Positions 1 to 12,900 of a stretch of 64,000 bases of DNA are shown here, one piece after another. This DNA is from Pecten maximus (taxonomy: Eukaryota). A program made the translations under genes and the position numbers. The stretch's first letter is position 1, and each line of letters begins with the position of its first letter. Under the pieces are notes generated by a model, which was not told the origin of the DNA, ran no database searches, and saw only the letters and a program-made list of their open reading frames with translations. The stretch covers positions 10,912,001 to 10,976,000 of the forward strand of contig NC_047020.1 in assembly GCF_902652985.1 (NCBI RefSeq), given 5' to 3'.

Positions 1-912
1 TTTGGATATAGTTAGGTACCCTATTAGGTATGCATACATATAAGTACATGTATAATTTATCAATTAATATTACAGGAAACAAATTCATCAATGAGGTCAC
101 TGCTACAAGTTGAATACAGTAGTTTGTAAGTCCCATGCAGAACTAATGTCTTTGCAAAATTGTAAACATAGTCAATTAAATATTATGTTGAAACAGATAA
201 CCTATAAATAGTGAAAAAAATATCCATAGATGCAAGTTAATGAATTTTAAAATGTTCAAGAATATAATTTGCCAGTGCTGCAACAGTAATCTGTGGGGCA
301 ATTCATCATGTGTAAGTGGTTGGGTTTCAGTATTTTTTTTTCTCGCATCATGGTACGTCCCAAGATTTTCTGGATCAGGCTGTTTCTGGTTTTCTGCACT
401 GTAATTAGTATTGCCCAATACCAACATGGTGTCGGAAGCACTTTTGCTGAATGACTGTTTGATTTGAAAGAACCGTGTGCATGCTTCATTCAAATGAAAT
501 ATTTTGAAAACATTTTGAATTCTGTGTATAAGAAAAAAATTGGTGTTTAATCAATATATTTTTTGTGAATCGTATTGTGAGGGAAGCGTATCATTGCAGC
601 ACTACATTTTGCAGATATAAAATTGATTGTAACTGGATCCCGGAAAGAACAGTATGGTAAATGAAAGAACTATCTTGCAACAACATGCAGGGGACATGCT
701 TGGAGAACAGTGTAGAAATTTAAGGGTGGCATGCCTGTTTTGGTATTTAATTGTAGAAAGTTGGATCACAACAATAGTTTCATAATTCAGTCTAGAAGAA
801 ATGGCAATTCAATCTTATATAAGTTTTCTGATTTCTGATCATATATCCTAGACCAGGTATCACTGAATATAACAATTTTCACAGACAATATACAATATAT
901 TGTTATACCAAC

Positions 913-3900
913 CTGTTGGCCAGTTGTTGTATACCAATTCTGTTATATCTGCTGCAGATTCATTGGGTGTAAACAGGAACTCTTTAGATTTCCCACTTAC
1001 TAATATCAGCCGTAAGTTAATCTAAAAAAAACAAAAACAAGTGTTGTAGCTATATAAACATAGCTCAGAGTTGGTTGAAATTTGAAATTAGTTTTGTAAA
1101 TATAGTTCAAAGGTCATGGTCAGCAGGTTTGCAAAAATATAGTACAAATGTAAAGATCTTGTCACAAGGAACATAGTCATAGACTAGGCCAGTAAGTCCG
1201 CAAATTTGAGACACGTCCCGGAAGGTAGAGAATTGTAGCAATCCAGACGAATCTGCCTTGGATACAGGTATATACACGAGGTCTCACCAAAAATCCAGGT
1301 AATATATGCGTAAAAAAGGTAAGCCCAACATTAACATAGAGATTCATTCAATGGTCTGATTTATTGGAGAGTGTTGTTTACATGTCTCGGCTATAGTACT
1401 ATTTATTTTGGTATATTTTAACAGGCACCGGACACAAAATCGGTCCAGTGTTCGGAATTCAGAGGGATTGGTATTTGGAAGTTTTTTTAATAATGTAGTA
1501 AAGAAGTGCCAATTCCGTACAATATAAATTTGTTCTGTATTCAGAGGTGTTCAGTTTTAAGAAGGTTTGGTTTTCGTAAGTTGCACTGTATTAATTGCAA
1601 TATGTATATATGTACATACTGTACATGGCTTGTTGATCTGTTTATTTAATTTTCACCATACAAACAACAATGGTCTATCGGATCAGGACTGAAAAGATAA
1701 TTTTGATAAGTGAAGATCCCCCTTCCCCTTAGTTAACTACAATCTGGTTATTTATAGTCAATTGTAAACCTAGACAGTATCCTTTACAAGGTTTTAAAAA
1801 GACAGCCTTTACAAGGTAAAATTAAGTATCCTTTACAAGGTTTTAAAAAGACACATGTTCAGCCTTTACAAAATTGCAAGGTAATATTAAGATGAAGATA
1901 CAATTGTCATTTTAAAACTCACAATTTTCAAGGACCTTTATATAATTTTCAGGGAACCAATGCAATAGAAATATAAGGATTTTTTTTGTCTAATCACTAG
2001 AATAGTGGATTTTTGGTGTCTGGACTTGTAGAAACAATTTAGCACCTCACAACTTTTAGTCATTGGGTTGAGCTACGAGTGTACAAATTGTAGCTATAGA
2101 GCTGTAACGATTCACCGGTACATCGATTGAATTGAACCGTAAAGAAATGGCGATGACAGAATCGTCACTTTTCTAAGAATCGCGATGTTAAGAAATGGTG
2201 GTGTGAGACCTAAAGTAACGAGTTATTGCCCCTGGAGCCGCTCTTTAGTTCAATTACAATGGCGGCAATAGAAGCAGAAGCCGACAGGTTAGTAATAGAA
2301 AACGCGGCAGCCGCATTTAAGTCTACTGTGTGGAAGAGTTTCGGCTTTATAAAAGGAACCAGTAGAAAACGGGTGGCCTGCACGCTATGTCAGGCGTCCT
2401 TGTCATACAGTGGTAACACCACAAATATGACAACACATCTTCGTCGGCAGGACTCGGCACCATGGCATAACATCTCCAGGGGTGGTCCCAATACTGGCCA
2501 CTGTAGAAAATACCCACAGCAGCGCCGATTAATGTTGACAATGCAGCCTTCTAATACCAATGATATAAATTTAGAAAATAAATCAGTCAAAACTTGAAAT
2601 GAATCTATGTTGCGCCATTCGTTGACAATGAACTACAAATGGCGAATCTGTTTTTTGTGCGGTTTTTCTTGCAGTAATTATGAAATTGATGAATTTGAAT
2701 CGATGGTGATATAAATGATATTGTGGTTCAATTTGCACTTTCTATTGCTATGGATCCTAGTTTAGAGTGGTCTCTATAGTCATTTAATTTTATTGACATG
2801 TCTATTATTAGAGAAAAATCTAATTGAGTTATTTCATCTAATTGTTGTTCTAAATTCTAGTTGAAAGTGTTGTAGTTATTTAATTTTATTGATATATTTG
2901 TATCATTTGTTCCTCAGAAAAATGGATATTTTAACTTATTAGTGAAATAACTCGAAGTAGAGATCGAGAATTTTCTTACAGTGGTGAAATGGATATTCAA
3001 TATTCCATTTAAATTTCCTCTCTGATAGACTTTTTTGATTATTAAATTTGGATTGATTCCATACGTTAAGTATGCATAACATTATACACATTGTATATTA
3101 ACTGTATTTAATACATTCCTTTTACATCTGTCAGCTGTCAAATAAAGTCATTACCAAATTATTTTTTTGTCTTATTAATAATTCATCTTTTATTTTCTAT
3201 GTTTTATACATAGTATGCATCTGTTTGAGTTGTTAAATTACATTATAAAGTAAATAAAATCATTGAAACATCACCATCTTTATTGAATCATATAATGAAT
3301 TATATGATTCAATAAAGATGGTGATGTTTCAATGATTTTATTTACGTTAAAGTAAACAAATTCCATTCCCATGCTTAATATCCTATAGTATAGGAATCAC
3401 AATGTATCACGATACTTATGGTATCGCCGATCTGTATTGTGATACGTATCGTATCGTGAGTTTGGTGGTGATTCTCAGCTCTAACAAATTGTATATACAT
3501 TATACTGGTAGCTAAATTGTCCAGTTCTAAAAAATAAGGCAACATGCTCTAACCCTGCATATTCCTATACAAAAGTATATATATATTTGTAATCTGTACA
3601 ACATTTGCAATAGTAATGCAGTAGTGAAAGATAAGTTAACCTACTTTTTCTCTGCTTTTCTGACCTGTGTAAACCATGGTAAGTTGGGTAACCACATTAA
3701 ATCAAAGTGCCAACGCCACTCATAGGAGCTGTGCATGAGGGATCGATTTAAAGGAGAAAAGTAAGTAGTATATTAATATAAAATGGCAGGAAATAAGAAG
3801 ATATTTGTGTTTTTGTGTATTCCTGGATGTTTTACTGATGCTAATCATGCCATTTTCAGGAATTTAATTGACCTTGAAAAGGCTGTTGTTGCTCTTAATG

Positions 3901-6900
3901 TTCTATTGAAGGATGCAGAATTACTTTTTTTCTCGAAGCTGAATGAATTGGCATTGATACTACGACAAACGGTAGTTTAATTCTTAGATTGGTGGGTTTA
4001 AAATGTCTGTCACATTTCCTGATAAATCACATCACCATTCTCTGCAAGATTCACATAAATTACTTTCCCACAAATATTTTCTACGGTCGGTCATTAAATC
4101 TAATGCAATTTTTTGCGTATATTAATTCATCTTGATCATGATGAAATTAGATTTGATCTTGATAACTTTCATTAGAAGAATCTTGTGGAGTTGTCATGGA
4201 AATTTATTGTTTGTTACTGATGAACTGCCTATCTTATTTATTTCGGTGATTTGTTGAATTGTACATTCATGTTGCATAACAAGCATTTCACTGTTGACTG
4301 CTTTAAATAGGCAACCTCTTTATGGCTATCAAAATCTCTGGTGCAGACACCAGCTAAGTTTCACCTAATGTTCATTTTCGTCCACCACAACCAGCATGGC
4401 CATTTAGTATTTCTTGGAAATGATGCAAAAACCAATTAGAATCAGCCCAAAAATCAGGGCGGAACTTGGGCAGTGTCAAATAGGGTTCGGTTGCTAAAGG
4501 TTGGTTGGCATCAGAACCAAAAAATAGCCAGAGACCTTCAGCTAGCTGAAGTAGCTTGTCGTGTGTAACCGTTGAGTGTACATATGTAATGTTCACATTT
4601 GTTGTTACCATCGCAAGTGCATTTCTTAATGTGTTTTTTAAGACTAAATGGAAAATAAATTTGTTAATTGTTTTAAATATTTTTGTTCATTACAGTATTT
4701 CCTTAAGCTAGCCATTAGCTTAGAACAACTTCATCTAACCTGGGTTTATCTTATTGCAGCAGAATTTTGAAATGAACATGTACGGAAGTGTTAACTACTG
4801 AATATGAATCGAAGTGCATATCAAATTTCAGAACTGATTCATAATTGAAGGTTTCAATTTCAGTGCATAACGTGGGTTAAAAAATTCAAGTCAGTGACCC
4901 TTGACTTGTAAATCCTGGGAGTCAAATTCAAATCCTGAGTGTCAAAATCATAGAATGCCAAGAAGTCAGGAGGTTTTTCTCATCAAACAATTTAGTCAAC
5001 GCCTACTGAACAAGTGTTTGTAATGTTTGTCTCAATGTACACTGGTAACCCTAAAACCTTGAATTTACTCGCGCGAGTTTGAATTTTTCAGTGAAAGTGA
5101 GCGTTTTCAACGTGGCGTGAGTATTTTAAGTGTAATTGAGTATTCTCAGTGTGTCGTTTTTAAATTCAGTATGCCGTTTTTAAATTCAGAGTGCCGTAGA
5201 TCGTTACGCATCAGCGCACTCGACAAGTAGTATAGGATTACCTGTACCGATCGATCGATGAAACGTCCAACACCGCGCGCGACCTCGTGTATCGTACGGT
5301 AGAAATACGTGTTCTTGCAAACGGGAAATATTACTGGAAGCAACATTTATTGCTCTCGGATTTGGACGTTATTCTTTACCCCAGATCAATCGTTATCTAT
5401 TGTAATTACGCCTGTAATTAACCACAACCCACCTATTCCGTTTACTTGCTCCGAGATCGACTGATATTGTCGTGATATTTGATGTACTTGTTTTCGGTAA
5501 TACGGCGGTGGTGTTGTCAAAAAAATACCCATGTTATGATTTACCTCGTATAATGTGAAGTGTTCATATGAGAAAGTGTATTGAAGCAATAAACCGGTTA
5601 CGTTGACTACTGTACATCGTATTTTGTTATTTATTTATAATACTTGACCCGGGCGGGATCCATATGTAATCACTGTGTATTAACTGTGTCAATCTTCCTG
5701 TTTCAGATATATCCATGACTGAGAAGTATCGCCGTTGCTGTATTACGTGTTCAAGAAACCGTCAACACATGTGATGATTGATAAACATGTTAAATGATAC
5801 AATTAAATTGTTAAATCGCCAGTATATTGCATTTTGTTATTTATACTTACCCGGGACGTATCGGAGATGACGTACGTACAGTAGCAGGTAAAGTATTCAA
5901 CGTTTATATTAACTGTTTCAATCTTCTTTTTCAGGTATTCCATGACCCAGGTACAATGACGTTGTTCATCATATTTTCAAGTGGGTTCGAGGATAGAAAC
6001 CTACATCTCATTTATCAATAAAATAGTCATCAGTATTATAATCTATATGCAGTTATATTCATTAGCTTACCTGAAGCAGATCGACGATCCTATCCATTAC
6101 TTGGTAACGGGTGTCTTCAGGTAAGATATATCCTATCACAACACACTGCGTTTAACAGCTATTAAAGCAAAACCCTTCCATTTGTTGTATATGCTATCAA
6201 ACAATATATTTGCTATCAGTGATCCCATGTATGCACGTTGTTGTTTTTTTTTGTAAAAAAAAAAATGTACAAGGGGTCCGCGCGTTAAAAATGACGAATT
6301 CACAACTTTAAAACTAGTTTGATATATTAATTATTTCTTAGACCCTTTTATGTCCGATAAAAATATAGCCTGTCAAATTGTATTGCAGTATTTCAAAGTA
6401 AGAGCCTGTAAACAAATTGTGTATCATGACACGAGATCCGTATTAAATAATAAAAAAGGTCGATTAATATTTACTGAAATAAATGGTGATAATTCGTGTC
6501 GTTTGTAAATGCAGGGACCGTGATACCATACTCCTACATTTGTGTAACCACGGACAGAGCAATTAAAAATCTTAAGTTCCTGATATCTAACATAAAAAGG
6601 CCGCTGATTTTATTTTGTATCCGACCTTATTGGACTGATACCAGTGTGATTAGAACCAACTTCTTGGGATCTAGATAAACTCTACCCTACCGCATTGTCC
6701 CGACAGTAAACGACCAATACCTCTCAAAACGGCCCTTTTCAGGGCCGACTTCTGTTCATGAAACGCAAAAAAAAAAAAAAATGAAAATGCACAACTCAAA
6801 TCTATAGAACTAATATTTCAAAAAGCAAATCGTACGTATTACGTAGTTTCACTCGGGCAACAAACGGTCATTTTTGTACACGTGTTGTTGCAGCAGTACA

Positions 6901-9900
6901 AGATGGAGAATATAACATTTGGTATTAAATTTACTTTATTTTTTATGTTTCTGGTAGCAACAGGATATTTTATATTAGAATAGAAATAAGCAAACTGATG
7001 ATGTGGGACAAACAGCACGACACTTACTTTGCTAGTTACGTGACTCCGCCTATTGATAGATTTCGTCACCTGTCACCGTCTTCCAATGAACACAAGTAGG
7101 CGGAGACGCGGGTTAGTTGACAGGTAGACAGGCGCCAAAGTTATATAAACTAATCCAATTAGACTACACCGCAGGTGGGCGGAGTCACGGATAGATGATC
7201 TGTCATGTCAGATGATCACTTGTCTCAATGATTGTTACATTCAATATTAATGCATTAATTGATCACTTAGAAATTGTATGTATGTATTCATGGTTATGAT
7301 GAATAATGAGTGTTTGTAAGTATTTATTTTTCAGGTTTCAAATTTGAAATTCTGTAATTAACATATCCCACGGACGGTGAAGTGATCTCCAAGGCTGGAT
7401 TCAGTATCAAAATACATCGATACTCGTCCGATTGCAATAAAATGTTGCACGATGTTAGATATAAGTACAATTTGTATGTTGCAGAAAAAAAAATAAACAA
7501 AACATATTAATGAACGAATTCCTTGGCGTGTAAAAGTCACTGGACACCGATATATGTATTTAATTCTATACAATTTTTCATTAAAAGGACGTCAATTTCA
7601 TTTGAATAATTTTTGTAAGATGGGTACGACTTCGCCTATTTCTCTGGGTACGAGTCCGCCAATTTTAGGTACGATTCCGCCAATTTAGGGTACGAGCTTC
7701 TATGAAACATACAGATACATTTACTAGCACCGTGCCAGAAGTGTAATTTTCTTTTTTATACATTTTCCACCTTTTATTTAGTGTTAACTTTTATTCTTTC
7801 ATACAGACAAGACAAAATACAACAAATATCGCTTCAAGACTGAACAGGATATGGACTGTACCTTTACTGAGGAACGATAACGTTTCAGAAAATATATCAA
7901 GTACAATGAATATAACTCTTGTTGCATCAATAATTTATTCTATTGCGCGATAGTTTCAAAATATGGACGATGTATACCATTTCACTGCCTAAATCTTCTG
8001 CTGGATTTTATATATACAAAATGAATAAATGTACTTTGTATCTATTGTGATTGTTACCATGCCGCTAACGATTGCTCTTTCTCAATGTTAATAAAATGAA
8101 AATATAAATTTTCAAATCTATCATATAGCAATTAAAAAAAAAAGAAAAAGACTTTCCGTGAATACAGCATCCAGATGTGAAAAATTTAGAGGATATTGTT
8201 TACACTGACTCTATCTTTGTCTCTATGTTCAATAATTAAAAGCTATTGACGCTATTAGCTTTATTATTATCTAATGATTAAGAAATGATTAACGATGATT
8301 AGTGTATTGTTGCAAGATATACAACGAGGACGAGGATATTTTGCAATTAAATTAATAACTCTGCAGAGGATAATTTGCAATTAAACTAATAACTCTGCTT
8401 ATAACATTAATGTATTACAATGGCCTTACAGACATAAGGGCGTGATATTCTGCAAAGGTAAGTGTGTTTACTCGTGTAACATACAGGTTACGGTATAGTG
8501 TACAGGTGACCGCTCCAGCGTCTGACCGGGTCCACCCAGCCAAACTCGGTCAGTCGTCACTGATGTGTGTTTGTGTCCATGTTTCTGGTAACATATAGGT
8601 TATGGTACATGTATTTTACAGGTCTTCTAGAAGAACTCGCGCAGTGGGAAGTTCGGTTAGGGGATAAACTTCACTGTTTAAAATGATAATCTCAAAGAAA
8701 ACAGTAACCACATGTGTCCATGTAATTAACAATGGGTGACTGGACAGGTGTAAAAGAAGACTGGCACTTTCGGAGTGAAACGGAGAAAAGTAACTCTTAA
8801 TGATGATAATTGCTGTATATTTAAGGAAATCCAAAGGAAGAACGCTGTTATTTTTTTTATATAGTTTGCATTATTATCGTATTTTCTTTCTCTGTATACC
8901 TTTTTTGGTAAAGGTGTTGAGATGAGATGAATCGGGATAAGTACAAACTCACACATATGTTATCCTCATATAAAAGTGCTACCGAAACCAGGGACATATA
9001 ATTTTCTATTATAACAGGCCATATATAACATGTAACATCTTACTATTTTGTTTATTATAACGAGCCGTATACAACATGTAACATCTTACTAATTTTCTTT
9101 TATAACGGGCCAAATACAACGTGTATCCTCTTGCTAATTTTCTATGATTACGGGTCATTAACATTAAAAATTGAATAATTTTCTATTTCAACGGGTCGTT
9201 GTAGCACTTGTTCATGAAAAATTAGTAACTACAAGACAGGATTCATAGAGTAAATTTTCAACATCGTGGTTATGTGAATGAGCCAAATTTTTGGTTAATT
9301 ATTCTATAGGCAAACTTTTGAGATACGAATTTGTTTTGCTTGTAGGGAAAACGAAACTCACTGAATTCCAAAAATATATCTTCGGAACTTTTTTGAAGTG
9401 CATGGAAACCTCACGTGTGAACTCACAAGTAATTATCGGCATGTGCCGATTAGAACCTGAACGCCAGAAATCACAGACACCTGTGGTGCAGTGACAGGTG
9501 TTATAAGCTTGTGGACCGTAATTTCTCACCTGGTAATTGTTTAGCGGTATACTAACCAACCCAAACTTGAGGATTCGTAATTCTCCGAACATGCTGGTAT
9601 AATTTTTCTAATTCCTGTTTTAAGAGAAGACATGACTTGCGACACACGAATGGAAAGTAAAACACAAGGATCTCAATCACTTCACGATAATTACACAATT
9701 ACTAAAAGAAAAGAAAGATAAATAAATGAAAAAACGAAATAAAAGGAAAAATACACTTTAACCATTGCGAGTTTAATAATTTTAGTATTAATTATGATTA
9801 GTCACGATGAACTAAATTGTATGTTTTTTATCACACGAAAAAACGGAACTAAAATTATGGTTTTAACAAGTCTCTGTGATATGTACCTGTACGTATTGAC

Positions 9901-12900
9901 CAATACTATTATAATTGTTGCCAAGCACTTTTATATAATTTCACTTTCAACGATCGTATATAAATTATATCTTTCTCAAGCATTTAATCGTCGGTAATCC
10001 CTGGGACCATGACATGTAACATAAGGGATAAGATCTGTATGATTATAAGCAAGTTGTAGGCTCAAACACTGGTTTTCATACGGAAGAGATACTAGTCTGT
10101 TGTAGATCATGATGAATCTATATAAAATTTAACTTTCTGAATTAGGTGTCCTTCATGACTAAAAGCGGGTTTTGCATAGATTATAATGCATAAGTTTACA
10201 GTATGTGTGTATCGTCTCACAAACCAGAATATCCAGAACTGTTGTATTTTAAAATGACACATTATTTTATTTAAATAATGTTGATGCCGTGTTCCTTTTT
10301 ATAGTAATGAGTAAGACATAACCAATATACATTTATTTATGATTGACCGATTATCAGATCGTGTATAACATCTGTATTTCCCTGGTATAACACATCAGTC
10401 TGTGTTACCCAAACGGTCATTTCAGAGTCCATTTCACAACAAATTAATCTCTTAAAAGCTCAAATTGATATTGTTGGATTCCAAGTTCTTGTCAGCAATA
10501 TTCACCAAATTCATCAACCCTAAATCTCGTATCCAGATCATATGTGAAAAGAGAATAAAATGAAGTTGAATTTGAATCTTCAGACTGGTCTGTGTTACTA
10601 CTGTCCACGCTGTCTATACTGCAGGCCACCATTTCAGTTACTCCGTTAAACCTGTACATCAATCAATCAAACAAAAAACGATGGTCTATTATAATCTGAA
10701 ATTCTAATCTGAAAGCAGCGCACACGATGTTTTGTCAGTGAACATATTAAATAAAACAGTCAATTGGTCATATATCTATAAGCCTGATCGTCAGAAGAAT
10801 TGATCTCGTAGCATTACAGCAGTGCTGCTACTGAAACATGTGCACAACATGTGTGTAAGGCTACCTCACGAAAGGTGGGTCCACACACCAAAAGTTAACT
10901 GACCCCGTCAGGCACAAGCTTTTCACCGAAGACCTCATCCCCGGGGCATTAATTAGAATATAATTAGCGGCAGTATACCGAACTCGATGAATTTCGTAAA
11001 TACCTGTTTACCTGGGAAGTGTCCAGTTGACCTGCTGACCTAGCGGTGTCCTGGGGCGTTGATTAATTAGTCGTTGACATGCCTGACTTGCCTATGATTT
11101 GTTGCATTGGCCAGTTTACCTGGGTATCTCACCTGTGCACAATATTATCGGTTTCATGAATAAAACAGATCACATGACACGTTAGTCTCTCTGTACTGAC
11201 ACTATGCAGACGAATCTGTATTGGTTTACTTGAGTAATTAATAGCCGTGGATATCGATATTATAAAAACATGTCAAAGTTATTATCAAAACACATGTCAC
11301 CAAAGTTAAGTTCTTTATTACTTTAAGCCTTTCGGCTCATCCGAAGACATGTGAATATACCTAATATAACAAAAGCATTGATTACTTTCGCACCACACCC
11401 ACACCGACAAAAGACCTGTCCAAGTACCAGGCAGTCTTCATCCAGGCCGGAGAGAATGATGTAATGGACAGTACATCGGCTGAAATCAAAACAACCACCA
11501 TTCGAATCTATGACGTTTTGATTGCCCAGGGAGTTAACCAAGTATGTTTCCACGTCATGATCGGACCTTCAACAAACGGGTTATTACACACCTGACTCTA
11601 AAGATGGAATTTGCCTTCTCCAACAGCGGATACTGCAGTAACAATGGAAGGAAGATAGAAGTCAGTCGCGTTGATTCGTCTATAGCTACACTATAATGAC
11701 GGCCCTTTTCAGGACCACCAAAAACACTCGAAAAACATCCAGCACTCGAATTTATGCAATAAAAACAACTATTATATATTTATTGCAAATGTTTATATAT
11801 ATAAAAACAATATATCAATTACCGAGTCGGTATCTATAATTGGGATAATTACGTCCACACATTACAGTTTCTGTAATGGCCGCCTTCCATAACATGATGC
11901 GCAGGGATTCGAAATTCTATCAATACTCAAGGTTCATATTTGAAATTTCTTAAAACGTATGAGTTTTCTTCTGCTTGGGGATATAATGAAATATATGAGA
12001 TATGTTCAGTGGCAAATGTTGTTGTGAACGTGAATTTTGGCGACTTTGAAAATTGACATAAATTCCACACATAGTTTCTGTAATAGCCGCCTTCCATAAC
12101 ATGATGCGCGGGGTTCGAAATTCTATCAATACTCGAGGTTCATATTTGAAATTTGTTTAAACGTCTGAATTTTCTTCTGCTTGAGAGTATAATGAAAATC
12201 AAGTATGTAACTGTTGTATTTGTACTTATATTTGGGAACGTTATTTCAACACTGAAGCTCGTACTTTGGAACGACTTCCTAAAAACAGGTTGTTGTGTCA
12301 AATTCGAATAATTCAAAGTTGTGATAAACGTTGTCCCGAATCCCTTTTGCCAACACCAAATCTTGATATTCTATATAAAAAGTGTTGCGTTGACAATTAA
12401 ATACAAGTCCCCGTGGGGTTTACACAGGTCGACAAAGAGACACGACCGCCCATCTTACAAATTCCATGGTACGATTAAATACATTGGATACAAAATATCC
12501 GGGTTAGTAGTTGGACACTTATTTCTTTGTATATATATTGTTTGATAACATATACAACAAATGGAAGGGTTTTGCTTTAATAGCTGTTAAACGCAGTGTG
12601 TTGATAGGATATATCTTACCTGAAGACACCCGTTAATGGATAGGATCGTCGATCTGCTCCAGGTAAGCTAATGAATATAACTGCATATAGATATACTGCT
12701 GATGACTATTTTATTGATTAATGAGATGTACGTTTCTATTCTCGAACCCACTTGAAAATATGATGAAGAACAACGTCATTCTACCTGGGTCATGGAATAC
12801 CTGAAAGAGAAGATTGAAACAGTTAATATAAACGTTGAATACTTTACCTGCTACTGTACGTACGTCATCTCCGATACGTCCCGGGTAAGTATAAATAACA

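Larger units (their letters stand above)
2091..3483 (+). mobile_element. Non-autonomous hAT (ZBED1/Ac-like) deletion derivative with BED zinc-finger remnant
   Basis: Ends tagagctg (2097) ... cagctcta (3483). 8-bp ACAAATTG at 2083-2090 and 3484-3491, with 6 extra nt before the left TIR. Subterminal cgat/atcg repeats. ORF 2226-2597 encodes KSTVWKSFGF...VACTLCQASLSYSGNTTNMTTHLRR (BED finger) but no DDE domain. Confidence 0.8.

Noticed and set aside
176-493. ORFs at the window start as UBL3 exon 3
   Set aside because: They lack the expected LRLIYQGRFLHG motif and have no recognisable domain.
5842-5870. U1 snRNA 5' end (ATACTTACC)
   Set aside because: The match stops after 9 nt; it is simply the complement of a donor-like GGTAAGTAT within the TIR.
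5146-6021. Duplicated small genes mirrored at 12711-13586
   Set aside because: They are chance ORFs within the two TIRs, with no recognisable protein features.
6400-6730. Histone gene upstream of the stem-loops
   Set aside because: None of the frames read gives H1/H2A/H2B/H3/H4 sequence here or at 11300-11700.
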